A stretch of DNA of 64,000 bases from Candidatus Zixiibacteriota bacterium (GTDB taxonomy: Bacteria; Zixibacteria; MSB-5A5; UM-FILTER-46-8). The DNA lies in contig JALSTH010000040.1 of assembly GCA_026983835.1 (NCBI GenBank), positions 510 to 64,509 of the forward strand, in the 5' to 3' direction. Below are positions 41,378-51,246 of the stretch, piece by piece; the stretch's first letter is position 1; every line of letters starts with the position of its first letter. A program made the position numbers and the translations under genes. Under the pieces are notes generated by a model, which searched no databases, was not told the DNA's origin, and saw only the letters and a list, made by a program, of their open reading frames with translations.

Positions 41378-44025
41378 CGCTTTTCCTTAAACCAGCCGAT
41401 AACATCATCGCTTATTCCGAAACGCAAACCCCGACTATATCCTCTTAATATACCATCGCCATCAACCGCGATAACAAACGGCATTTCAGCGGATGAGGGG
41501 GGCAAATCCATAAGAGTTTTATAAAAAATCAATTGCGCATTGCCCGGATCGATGTATGCTCTCCAATTCAACCCATCCTGCGTTATCCTGTTTAGGTAAG
41601 CCTCCCCCGGATAGCTATCGGTAATCAACAGAAAATCCGCACCAAGCGAAGATAGTTTGCTTGAAGAACGATTTAACTCATCCAAGACCCTCTCGCTGCT
41701 CTCCACATTCGGTTCCACCCAAACCATTATCAATCCGTTTGGAGGCAATTCATCAAAGGTTGTTAAACCACTCCATTTTTTCAGCGGAACCAATCTCGCC
41801 GGCGGAGGGATAATAACAGGATTTCTCTCGGAGATCGCCTGCGGCGCCCTGATTATCAAGCGTTTGGTCAGGGAATCGCCGGCGTTTAGCGTAAAAAACT
41901 GCAGGTATGCCAAAACATCCCCCTGAGCAAGACGATTCGCCCCGCAGAGCATATATCTCCCCGGAGGCAATTGCTTCGGTTTTTCATTATCCTGTATCGG
42001 GCTCAAATAATCGAAATCCTCCAACATCTCATATATCCCATTATCCAACTTTGACAAGCTCCAATGACGGTAGCACAACGGCTTTTCTATCGGCCCACTC
42101 GGATATTCCAAAGTTAAAACTCCATACTGCCCTTCCGATTTCGAAGAATCGGCGACCTTATCTTTATCGGCGTAAACGAATTTCCAATCGCCGTCGTTCC
42201 AGAATTGAGGTTGTCCCGTTATCGGATGAAGCCTTGAAGGAATACCTTTTGCCCTGATGATGGCAACAATCAAATGATTGTAATCGCTCTTGGTCCCCCT
42301 CATTGCGGTGTAGATTTCATCGGGTGAAAGCTGGGCGGAGAATCTGTCCCTGCTTTCCTCGATGGTAAATTTCGGCGAGAGATATTTATCCAATCCCATA
42401 ATATCGACATCCGGAAACGCTTTGGAGAGTATGCTCCGCCAAGCGGTAATATGCTCATATCTTATTCGAGGTTGCAGAATATAATCCAAAAAACGATTGT
42501 AAACGGAGCTGTCGCTTTTCTCCGGTTTGTATTTTATGGCTGTGAAATGATCTTCGAGGACAGCGGTATCGACACTCCGCAAGTCCTTGTCCATCAGTAT
42601 GCCAAGAAATGTTTCGGCATCGTTGAGCTGGTTTGGTTTCAATCCCGAAAGGAAATCGAATACTTCCATCCAATTACCTTTCGCCCTTTGCATAACGCTA
42701 TCCACATCCTCATAAGACATACCGATCGCTTTGCTTAAAGAATCGATACGCTCGCTGTCAGACCATACGGAAGCCGCCATCTCCCTTAAGGTATCGGCAT
42801 AAGCTTTTTTCTTTCTCAATAATTCCTTCAGGGTTTTATCTTCTTGTGTTTGGGCAACATTTTCCGGCGGTGGAGGCGGATGCATATCCAAGCTCCAAGA
42901 CCAATCATCATCGCTTATCGGTTTCGGCGATAAGTAAACCGTATCACGAAAAGCCGCCGGAACCCGAGCCCAATCGAGCGTATCCCCCGATCCGGCCCAA
43001 ACGACCCAATCGGTTAAGCCCGTAGTCAACGAACAAACGCCTTTCTCATCGGTTTTCAATGAAGTCAACGGCAGCAATCCGGCATAATTTATCAGCATAA
43101 AATAAACTTTGATACTATCAACAGGGAGATAATCGTTCGGTGAAATCTTGACTATCATTCTTTTGGAATCCTCGTAGATGCTTGTCGAGTTTATGATTGT
43201 GCTTCGTTTCCCTTTTTTCAATACTTCCTCATCCCCGTTATAATCGCCGAATGCGGTGCTGACCACCAAAGCAGCTCGCTTTGCGGGATTGGTGAACCAC
43301 GCCTTGCCTAATTTATATGTCGGCTCGCATCCCCCCATATAGCTCCATTTACCATCAGCCCAAACCTCGACCCATGCATGGTTGTTATCGCAATGCGCCC
43401 AATATGGAGTAAAGCAAGCGCGGGCTGGGATTCCGACCGACCTCAAAGCGGAGATGGTCAAAATCATTTCTTCCTCGCATCGCCCGAAGCCAGCCTTTAT
43501 AGTGGTCAGCGGACCTTGATCCCAAGGTTTCGTTGATTTGAAGGTGGCGTGTTCATAACACCAGAGGTTAACCTCCAAAGCCGCTTCGGTCATCGTCATC
43601 CCGGAAACTCGTTTCGACAATTCCTCAAAGAAAGGTTTCCGCCATCTTTGAGCCGGCTCCTGCGCGCAACGATAGGGAAGCACGAAATGTTTGAACAAAT
43701 TGTCGTTAAGCTGGGCTCCCCAACTGAAGGTTTCTTTCGCTTTGATGGCATATCTTATATTTTCCAAAAGGTAGTTCGGGCGCAACGACGCCAAATCGGA
43801 AAGCGGCATATAAGCGAGCAGAAACTCGGCGTATTCTTTCTCTTGGGGAGTGATATCCATATTTAGAATACTAAAAAGATTTTCCCCATTGCCTCCCGCT
43901 CTAATTTTCTGTAGCGTCAACAGAGAATCGATATTCGCCTCGCCTGCCGAGACAACACCATAACTGATAGCTACAATAATAGCGATAAAAAGTGATCTCG
44001 CCGAATATTTCATAAATGATTTCAT
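41374..44025 (-). CDS. Secreted transglutaminase-domain protein
   Basis: Signal peptide; HFVLPYR; GRCEEE...GIPAR; HAWVEVW. Confidence 0.88.
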   Translation of the reverse strand: MKSFMKYSARSLFIAIIVAISYGVVSAGEANIDSLLTLQKIRAGGNGENLFSILNMDITPQEKEYAEFLLAYMPLSDLASLRPNYLLENIRYAIKAKETFSWGAQLNDNLFKHFVLPYRCAQEPAQRWRKPFFEELSKRVSGMTMTEAALEVNLWCYEHATFKSTKPWDQGPLTTIKAGFGRCEEEMILTISALRSVGIPARACFTPYWAHCDNNHAWVEVWADGKWSYMGGCEPTYKLGKAWFTNPAKRAALVVSTAFGDYNGDEEVLKKGKRSTIINSTSIYEDSKRMIVKISPNDYLPVDSIKVYFMLINYAGLLPLTSLKTDEKGVCSLTTGLTDWVVWAGSGDTLDWARVPAAFRDTVYLSPKPISDDDWSWSLDMHPPPPPENVAQTQEDKTLKELLRKKKAYADTLREMAASVWSDSERIDSLSKAIGMSYEDVDSVMQRAKGNWMEVFDFLSGLKPNQLNDAETFLGILMDKDLRSVDTAVLEDHFTAIKYKPEKSDSSVYNRFLDYILQPRIRYEHITAWRSILSKAFPDVDIMGLDKYLSPKFTIEESRDRFSAQLSPDEIYTAMRGTKSDYNHLIVAIIRAKGIPSRLHPITGQPQFWNDGDWKFVYADKDKVADSSKSEGQYGVLTLEYPSGPIEKPLCYRHWSLSKLDNGIYEMLEDFDYLSPIQDNEKPKQLPPGRYMLCGANRLAQGDVLAYLQFFTLNAGDSLTKRLIIRAPQAISERNPVIIPPPARLVPLKKWSGLTTFDELPPNGLIMVWVEPNVESSERVLDELNRSSSKLSSLGADFLLITDSYPGEAYLNRITQDGLNWRAYIDPGNAQLIFYKTLMDLPPSSAEMPFVIAVDGDGILRGYSRGLRFGISDDVIGWFKEKR

Positions 44026-44175
44026 TTTTTGTTCCTCTTTTGTTATTCCTTCGGGAATTAGATAAAGCCTTCATCCGAATATAGCAACATATTTTCAAAA
44101 CCTCGAGCAGACCTACTGTTGAATTTCATCTTTGTAATCGTTAATTGTTATGGGGATATTCGAGCCTTTATTGGT

Positions 44176-44204
44176 TTGACTTGTTTGGATATCGGTGTTA
44201 AATT
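44176..44204 (+). promoter_or_regulatory. Putative sigma70 promoter for ftsK
   Basis: TTGACT-N17-TAAATT with extended TG. Confidence 0.45.
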
Positions 44205-44213
44205 AATCCCGAT

Positions 44214-46490
44214 ATGGCTAAAAAGAAGAAGACAAAAAATAAAGGATTGCATTTGTTGGGGGGGATTATAATCCTGTTATCAATACTATTGGGTTTGAGC
44301 CTCTACACTTTCAATCCTTCCGTTGACAGCAATATATTCGAGAGCATAAGAGGAACGATCGCCTCCCATAACTATACCCAAATTCTTAATATTAAAGTTT
44401 CCAACAGCGGCGGAGTGGTGGGAGCGTTTTTCGCTTGGTTGATAATATTCCTTTTTGGGAAAATAGGATTCCTACTGCCTCCGCTTTTACTTGTTATCGG
44501 GATAATTGTATATACCGGGGAGGGCAAATGGCATCTGCCCGGAAAAGTGAAATTAGGCTTTTCGGCGATTTTCCTGATTGCGGTGTTATTTACAATCGAT
44601 AAAGCCGGCAGCGGTTATTTACCTTTGAAGGGTTTTAACATGGGAGGAGCCGCCGCTTATATCACCGCTAAGATTATTAAGTTGCTGATAGGGACGCTTG
44701 GCGCTTATCTAATTACTTCGATCGCTCTGTTGTCGGTTATCGTAGTGTTGTCACCATCCACAACCAAAAGGGGTTTGGCTGCGGCTGCGATGTTGGCGGA
44801 ACGGATATTGAAATCTATCGTAAGCGTAGTTTTATATCCCTTCAGGAAGGATAAAAGGGAGCAAAGGCGAAAGCCCGAAAAACAAAAGGGGAAAATAAAA
44901 ATCGTTAAAACCAAAACGATCAAAGAGGGTAAAAACCCAATACAGGAAATGAGAACCGAAAAACCGGTAAGGGTCAATATAAAAAGGGACATTCCCGAGG
45001 TGGAGGTTTCCGAAGGATCCGAGACACCTTTTCACCAACAGGCGGAAGGAGAATATATATTCCCGGAAATATCATTTTTAGAAAAAGGCGATCCATCCAA
45101 AGAGATAGAAAGCGATGAGATTATAAAGGAACGGGCGGAGTCGTTGAAAAAAGCGCTGAATACTTTCGGCGTACGGATAAATGAGGAATCGGTGGAGAGT
45201 TATCCCGGCCCGGTTATCACCAGATATGAATTTCAACCGGCACCGGGCATCAAAGTAAGTCAGATAATCAACCTTGCCGATGATTTGGCATTGGCGATGA
45301 GGGCAAAAAGTATTCGAGTGATAGCGCCTATTCCCGGTAAGGGGGCGGTTGGGGTGGAAGTCCCCAATAAAAATCCGCATATCGTCCGCATAGCAGAGTT
45401 ATTGAAATCGCCGCAATTCCGTTCCGAAAAATACGAAATCCCCTTGGCATTGGGTAAGGATACGGGGGGAATACCTTTTATCGCCGACCTTTCAAAGATG
45501 CCTCATCTATTGATTGCCGGCGCCACAGGTTCCGGTAAATCTGTCTGCTTGAATTCGATAATAACCAGCATACTTTATCGGCTACATCCCGATAAGATAA
45601 GGTTTATCTTCATAGATCCGAAAAGGTTGGAGCTTTCGGTTTACTCAGGTATTCCGCATCTCGAAAGGCCCGTAGTTACCAAACCGAGACAAGCCGAGCG
45701 GGTTTTAGCCGGTGTCGTGGAGGAGATGGATAACCGATACAGCAAGTTGGCGGAGGCAAGCGTAAGAAGTATTCAGGATTTCAATAAGAAGGTCCCGGAG
45801 CAGGAATGGCTGCCCTATATCGTAATTATTATCGATGAGCTTGCCGATTTGATCGTGGGATCATCCAATAAAATAGAATTGATGATAACCCGCTTGGCGC
45901 AAATGGCTCGTGCGGTGGGGATACATCTGATATTAGCCACCCAGCGCCCATCGGTGGATGTTATCACCGGACTTATAAAAGCGAATTTCTCCTCCCGCAT
46001 CGCCTTTCAAGTGGCGTCCAAAGTCGATTCGAGGACAATACTTGACAGCAACGGTGCGGAAAAATTATTGGGCAATGGCGATATGCTTTTGATGCTAACC
46101 GGAAGGCAGGAACTTGTTCGCCTTCACGGTTCCTATATATCGAGCGAGGAAACAGCGCGGATTGTGGAATTCCTTAGAGGAAAGGAATATTCACCAAAAC
46201 CTGTCGATACCCTAAAGGATGTCTCCGGTAAGAAATCGAAGCTGTTTCTAAACGCCTCCGATGAGCTTTTCCGCCAAGCGGCGGAGACCGTTGTTTTGCA
46301 TAAGCAGGGATCGGTCTCCTTATTACAAAGGAGGCTTGGAGTAGGATATCAGCGGGCGGCAAGGTTAATAGATCAGCTTGAAGAAGCCGGAATTGTCGGG
46401 CCCTATGACGGCTCCAAAGCGCGGAAGGTTTTAGTAAATGAACAGTATCTGCAAACATTATTCTCCGAAAAATCGGGTAGCCATAATTAG
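44214..46490 (+). CDS. ftsK: DNA translocase FtsK
   Basis: N-terminal TMs; GATGSGKS; ATQRPSVDV; gamma domain SLLQRRL. Confidence 0.98.
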   Translation: MAKKKKTKNKGLHLLGGIIILLSILLGLSLYTFNPSVDSNIFESIRGTIASHNYTQILNIKVSNSGGVVGAFFAWLIIFLFGKIGFLLPPLLLVIGIIVYTGEGKWHLPGKVKLGFSAIFLIAVLFTIDKAGSGYLPLKGFNMGGAAAYITAKIIKLLIGTLGAYLITSIALLSVIVVLSPSTTKRGLAAAAMLAERILKSIVSVVLYPFRKDKREQRRKPEKQKGKIKIVKTKTIKEGKNPIQEMRTEKPVRVNIKRDIPEVEVSEGSETPFHQQAEGEYIFPEISFLEKGDPSKEIESDEIIKERAESLKKALNTFGVRINEESVESYPGPVITRYEFQPAPGIKVSQIINLADDLALAMRAKSIRVIAPIPGKGAVGVEVPNKNPHIVRIAELLKSPQFRSEKYEIPLALGKDTGGIPFIADLSKMPHLLIAGATGSGKSVCLNSIITSILYRLHPDKIRFIFIDPKRLELSVYSGIPHLERPVVTKPRQAERVLAGVVEEMDNRYSKLAEASVRSIQDFNKKVPEQEWLPYIVIIIDELADLIVGSSNKIELMITRLAQMARAVGIHLILATQRPSVDVITGLIKANFSSRIAFQVASKVDSRTILDSNGAEKLLGNGDMLLMLTGRQELVRLHGSYISSEETARIVEFLRGKEYSPKPVDTLKDVSGKKSKLFLNASDELFRQAAETVVLHKQGSVSLLQRRLGVGYQRAARLIDQLEEAGIVGPYDGSKARKVLVNEQYLQTLFSEKSGSHN

Positions 46491-47136
46491 CCTGATACCG
46501 CTTATGGCGGTTTTACTGGCAGTCCAGACCTGTTTTGCTTTTAAGGGAACAAATTCGGGTGAATTATCGAAAGGGAAAAAGATATACGGGCGGATGGAAA
46601 GCTTTCTGAAGGGAAAGCCGAATATGGCGTTTGATTTCATCCGAATTATCGAATCCCCTTACACGGGTGAATGTGATTCATTAAGGGGAAGCATTAAGAT
46701 AAATAGAGATGGATTTGCGAGGGTTGATATAGACAATAGAATAATAATCGAGAGAAGCGACACATTGTATGATTATTCGGGCGATGGCAATCAGCTTACG
46801 ATATCCCCCGGCAAAAGGGGGATGATAAAACAGTTGCTCTTATCCGAATATTTGGGCGGGAATAAAGTTGTCGGCTGGAAGGATAATGGGAGATGGGTTG
46901 AGGTATCGCTTGAACCGACAAATGATGATAATGAGTATAAGGATATAAGAATGATTATGATGGAACAAAAAGGCGTATCCGCCTATCTGCCAAAGAAATT
47001 ACATTATATCGATGGATTGGGAAGAAGGATTACTTGGGAATTTTCTAAATTCAACTTCGCTCCGAGTTTTAACTCCGAAACATTTACATTTTCTCCGCCT
47101 GACGGATGTCGGGTGGTAAACCTATTTGAGCGATAA
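46438..47136 (+). CDS. LolA-like outer-membrane lipoprotein carrier
   Basis: Follows ftsK; signal peptide; C-terminal FTFSPPDG..V; divergent. Confidence 0.65.
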   Translation: MNSICKHYSPKNRVAIISLIPLMAVLLAVQTCFAFKGTNSGELSKGKKIYGRMESFLKGKPNMAFDFIRIIESPYTGECDSLRGSIKINRDGFARVDIDNRIIIERSDTLYDYSGDGNQLTISPGKRGMIKQLLLSEYLGGNKVVGWKDNGRWVEVSLEPTNDDNEYKDIRMIMMEQKGVSAYLPKKLHYIDGLGRRITWEFSKFNFAPSFNSETFTFSPPDGCRVVNLFER

Positions 47137-47147
47137 ATAAGATTGAA

Positions 47148-48497
47148 TTGTTTATGAGTAAGCGGCGTAAATATTATTTAACAACTTTCGGGTGTCCGAA
47201 AAATGAGGTCGATGGGCAGGTTTTGGAGTATCATCTGAAACTGCGGGGTTTATCTCCGGCGGCAACTCCCGATGATGCCGATATACTTATTGTCAACACC
47301 TGCGGTTTTATCGAGGATGCCAAATCAGAATCGATAGAAGGTATTTTGAGCTTGGCGGAATACAAACATAACGGTAAAAAACTCGCCGTTATCGGTTGCC
47401 TTTCGCAAAGGTATAAAAATGAATTAAAAGCCGAACTCCCGGAAGTCGATTACTTTTTCGGCATATCCTCCCCGAAAAAAATTGCGGAAACTTTTGTGGG
47501 GGCGGACAATAAAATCATCGAGGAAACATTCAACCTCAACGGAAAATATGAGATCCAAGAAGGGCGGGTGGTTGGAAAAGGGATTCCTTACGCTTATTTA
47601 AAAATCGCCGATGGATGCGATAACCGTTGCAGTTATTGTGTTATCCCATCAATTCGGGGAAGGTTCCGCAGCAAACCGCTCGATAATATTGTTAAGGAAG
47701 TCGATTACCTTCTTGGAGAGGGAATAAAGGAGATAATATTGGTGGCGCAGGAAACAACCCGTTACGGTTATGATTTGGGTGAAGATATAAATCTTACGGC
47801 GCTTATTAGAGAGTTGACGGCGGATAATCGTTTGAGATGGTTAAGGATTCTCTATGCGCATCCCATTAGGACAACAATGGCTTTGTTAGAGGAAATCTCC
47901 GCTAATGACAAGGTTTGCAATTATTTGGATATTCCCCTCCAACAGATATCCGATAAAATGTTGTCGAGGATGAATAGGCATATCAGCTCAAAAGAGACTG
48001 AGAAGTTAATCTCGACCATAAAGTCTAAATTTCCCAAAATAGCCTTACGGACCACCTTTATGCTCGGTCATCCGGGTGAGACGGAAGCTGATTTTCAGGA
48101 ATTGCTGGATTTTATCGAAAAGTTCCGCTTTGAAAATATCGGCTGTTTCCTGTACTCGGAGGAGGAAAATACAATTTCGGCACAAATGCCCGATAAGGTA
48201 CCTTTGGAAATAGCGCGGGAAAGACAGGATCGCTTGATGTCCCTTCAGGATGATATAGTGGAGGAGAGAAATTCAAAACGCATCGGAGAGATTCATCGAG
48301 CTATAATCGATAAAGTCGATTTAAATTCCGATGGATATATCTGCCGAATGGAGTCTCAAGCTCCGGAGATAGATGGCATCGTTGTTGCAAAAGGTGATAA
48401 TCTATCGCTCGAAGCGGGCGATTTTGTTGATATAAAGCTGATTGATTTCGAATCGTATGATTTCGAGGCGATTATTGTCGGCGAAAATCAAAGATAA
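47148..48497 (+). CDS. rimO: Ribosomal protein S12 methylthiotransferase
   Basis: GCPKNEVD, NTCGFI, CDNRCSYC, APEIDG. Confidence 0.96.
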   Translation: MFMSKRRKYYLTTFGCPKNEVDGQVLEYHLKLRGLSPAATPDDADILIVNTCGFIEDAKSESIEGILSLAEYKHNGKKLAVIGCLSQRYKNELKAELPEVDYFFGISSPKKIAETFVGADNKIIEETFNLNGKYEIQEGRVVGKGIPYAYLKIADGCDNRCSYCVIPSIRGRFRSKPLDNIVKEVDYLLGEGIKEIILVAQETTRYGYDLGEDINLTALIRELTADNRLRWLRILYAHPIRTTMALLEEISANDKVCNYLDIPLQQISDKMLSRMNRHISSKETEKLISTIKSKFPKIALRTTFMLGHPGETEADFQELLDFIEKFRFENIGCFLYSEEENTISAQMPDKVPLEIARERQDRLMSLQDDIVEERNSKRIGEIHRAIIDKVDLNSDGYICRMESQAPEIDGIVVAKGDNLSLEAGDFVDIKLIDFESYDFEAIIVGENQR

Positions 48498-48514
48498 AAT
48501 TCGGGGAGAAGCTT

Positions 48515-49204
48515 ATGCCTGCTCAAATTAGAATGGCGAGGAAAACCGGAATTACCCTGTCCAAATCGGTTACGATGATATTAATCGCTATATATGTAAT
48601 TCAAAGCGCGGCCGTTGTTTACCTCTTGCTTGATAGAGCTCAATTGCAAAAAAGCCTTATTGAAAAGGATACCAAAATCACCGATTTGGAACGGGAAAAC
48701 GACAAACTGAGGGAAAAACTAAAGATATTTAAGATAATTGAGGATTTTCAAAGCGGCTTCACCCCGCAGGAGAAGGACATAATAGCCGATGCAATTTACA
48801 CGCAGAGCAAACAATTGGGATATGACCCGTTGCTACTGATGGCTTTGATACTGACTGAAAGCTCGCTTCACAAAGGACAGGAATCATACCTCGGAGCGCA
48901 GGGACTGATGCAACTTCTGCCGTCCACCGGATATTGGTTATCAAAAAAATATAAAATGCCTTGGAAGGGAAATAATTCGCTTTTCGACCCTCAATATAAT
49001 ATACATATGGGAAGCTATTATCTTTTGGAACTTATTTTAAAGTTTAAGGATATTAAAAAAGCCTTGGCGGCATACAATATGGGTGAATATGCGTTGAAAG
49101 GAAGATTGAAACTCAAACAGGGTATCCCCAAAAAGTATGTCGGCGCCATTATGAAAAAATATCAAATGCTCAAGGAGAAATATCCCGATTCCTTATTCGG
49201 TTAA
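48515..49204 (+). CDS. Lytic transglycosylase (SLT domain)
   Basis: TESS, GAQGLMQL, AAYNMG. Confidence 0.92.
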   Translation: MPAQIRMARKTGITLSKSVTMILIAIYVIQSAAVVYLLLDRAQLQKSLIEKDTKITDLERENDKLREKLKIFKIIEDFQSGFTPQEKDIIADAIYTQSKQLGYDPLLLMALILTESSLHKGQESYLGAQGLMQLLPSTGYWLSKKYKMPWKGNNSLFDPQYNIHMGSYYLLELILKFKDIKKALAAYNMGEYALKGRLKLKQGIPKKYVGAIMKKYQMLKEKYPDSLFG

Positions 49205-49210
49205 TATTCA

Positions 49211-49828
49211 ATGAAAAAGGGTTTTACATTCGCTATATTGTTGAATATTGCATTTGCTTTTGAAGTGCTCGCTATGCCGGTTGATAATTTGCACTTCAGT
49301 ATTGAACTTGCCGATACGGTTGTGGGGCATTTTTTCAAAGGGGTGCAAATAAACGGCGAAGGTTTTGTGTTAAAATCCGAGAGCACTCATCCCGCGAATT
49401 TTATCGTCGAGCAGTCTTTGATAAATTATATCAAGAAAAACGGAGGCGATTCCTATTTGGATTCGGTGGGAAACAGGAACTCTTCCGATACCGCCGGATT
49501 TCTTCTATGTTATAAAATCCTCAAATTGGGTTTGAAGTATGATAGGGCCGGGGCTAATCATCCAAAAGGGAAAAAGATATGGCGGAAGGGGGAGATAGGC
49601 GTTATATTTCAACTTGTTTCCAAATCGGACGGGAAGGTGATTAAATACGAGGAAACGAGCGCCGAAAGGGCAGATTTCCTTAGCAAAAAAGAAGCAACGC
49701 AATTCAGCGCCAACGGTGACTTTTATATCACTCCCGAGATGCCAACCGGTTTTAAGAGATTTTTTGAGCCGGCGATAGTAGGAATAACAACCGCAACTCT
49801 GATATTTTTATTTTTCAGTAATAGGTGA
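49211..49828 (+). CDS. Hypothetical exported/membrane protein
   Basis: Signal peptide, hydrophobic C-terminus, in-operon spacing. Confidence 0.65.
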   Translation: MKKGFTFAILLNIAFAFEVLAMPVDNLHFSIELADTVVGHFFKGVQINGEGFVLKSESTHPANFIVEQSLINYIKKNGGDSYLDSVGNRNSSDTAGFLLCYKILKLGLKYDRAGANHPKGKKIWRKGEIGVIFQLVSKSDGKVIKYEETSAERADFLSKKEATQFSANGDFYITPEMPTGFKRFFEPAIVGITTATLIFLFFSNR

Positions 49829-50632
49829 TTGAGCAATATGAATAACAACCGAAAACTCCAGATGATTTTTATCGCCCTTTTGATTTTTACTTTCGCAATC
49901 TCCGTTGTCGGCTTTTATGGGTGTGGTGCGGAGAATATAAAACCGGTAGCGAGTGCGAAGGATCAGCTCAAGCGGGCGATGGATCTATACAATAAAAAGA
50001 AATACTATAAGGCGGAAATCGAGTTCCAAAAATTCGTTTACAATTATCCCGGGGTCGGTGCGGTCGATACCGCTCAATTCTATTTGGCGATGTCTTATTA
50101 CAAGGATAAGGATTATGCTTTGGCCGCCGGAGAGTTCAAAAGGTTTTTGTCCTCTTTCCCCTCATCCGAATTTTCCGATGACGCCCAATACCGATTGGCG
50201 ATGTCCCATTATCATCAATCCCCAAGCTATCCGCTCGATCAAACCGAAACTTATATGGCGATTAATGGGCTTATCAGTTTCTTGGATACTTATCCCAACA
50301 GCGGATATGCCGACTCCGCTTCGGTTCACCTGCAGGAACTACGCAATAAACTATCGCATAAGCTGTTCAGCACAGGGAGGTTGTACCAAAAGATGGGATA
50401 TTATGATCCCGCGATAATGTATTATAACAAACTTTTGGAAGATTATCCTAATTCCCCTTTCGCTGAAGAATCGGTTTTTCGTGCGGGGGAATGTTATTTG
50501 AAGTTGGAGAAGTATATTCCCGCCCGGGAGAAACTGCTGAGTTATGTGGATTCCTATAAAAACGGAAAATTCCATAAAAAGGCGGTTTCTCTGCTTCGAA
50601 AAATAGAGGACATTAAAAAAGCTGAAAATTAG
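49829..50632 (+). CDS. bamD: Outer-membrane assembly lipoprotein BamD
   Basis: Lipobox FYGC; TPR repeats; LDQTET..A. Confidence 0.9.
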   Translation: MSNMNNNRKLQMIFIALLIFTFAISVVGFYGCGAENIKPVASAKDQLKRAMDLYNKKKYYKAEIEFQKFVYNYPGVGAVDTAQFYLAMSYYKDKDYALAAGEFKRFLSSFPSSEFSDDAQYRLAMSHYHQSPSYPLDQTETYMAINGLISFLDTYPNSGYADSASVHLQELRNKLSHKLFSTGRLYQKMGYYDPAIMYYNKLLEDYPNSPFAEESVFRAGECYLKLEKYIPAREKLLSYVDSYKNGKFHKKAVSLLRKIEDIKKAEN

Positions 50633-50636
50633 CGCA

Positions 50637-51215
50637 ATGGAGAAGGTAGGAATACTTGGGGGAGTTTTCGATCCAATTCACATAGGCCATTTGCATATTG
50701 CCGATGGTGCTTTGAGGATTTTAGGTTTATCGAAAATTATATTTATCCCGTCAGGGGATCCGCCTCATAAGGCGAGATCTCCGTTTGCGTCCGGAGAATG
50801 TCGTTCGGAGATGATACTGATGGCAACCGCCGATAATCCCGCATTTGATCTCTCCTATTTGGAATTGAACAGAGAGGGCAAATCATACACCGCCGATACC
50901 CTCGACAGCCTTCGTAGAACCAATCCTGATTGGAAAATGTATTTCATAATGGGGGGGGATAATCGCGCGGAGATATTGGCTTGGAAGCAGCCTGAGCGGA
51001 TATTTGCTTTGGCTGAGGTTGTAATTGTCAACAGACCCGGATTTGACGATGATGCGGATATAAAACTGCCTTGGGAGACGATAGAGATCGATCTTCCCGG
51101 AATAGATTTATCATCGAGCCAGATCAGGCGGTTTATCAAAGATAAAATCCCCTGCAGGTATCTATTGCCCCCGGGAGTGGAGGATTATATAGTGCGGAAG
51201 GGGTTATATACTTAG
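50637..51215 (+). CDS. nadD: Nicotinate-nucleotide adenylyltransferase
   Basis: GGVFDPIHIGH, PPHK, SYTADT, LSSSQIR. Confidence 0.96.
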   Translation: MEKVGILGGVFDPIHIGHLHIADGALRILGLSKIIFIPSGDPPHKARSPFASGECRSEMILMATADNPAFDLSYLELNREGKSYTADTLDSLRRTNPDWKMYFIMGGDNRAEILAWKQPERIFALAEVVIVNRPGFDDDADIKLPWETIEIDLPGIDLSSSQIRRFIKDKIPCRYLLPPGVEDYIVRKGLYT

Positions 51216-51246
51216 CCATTTTCCATAAGGGTTAATAGGATATTTT

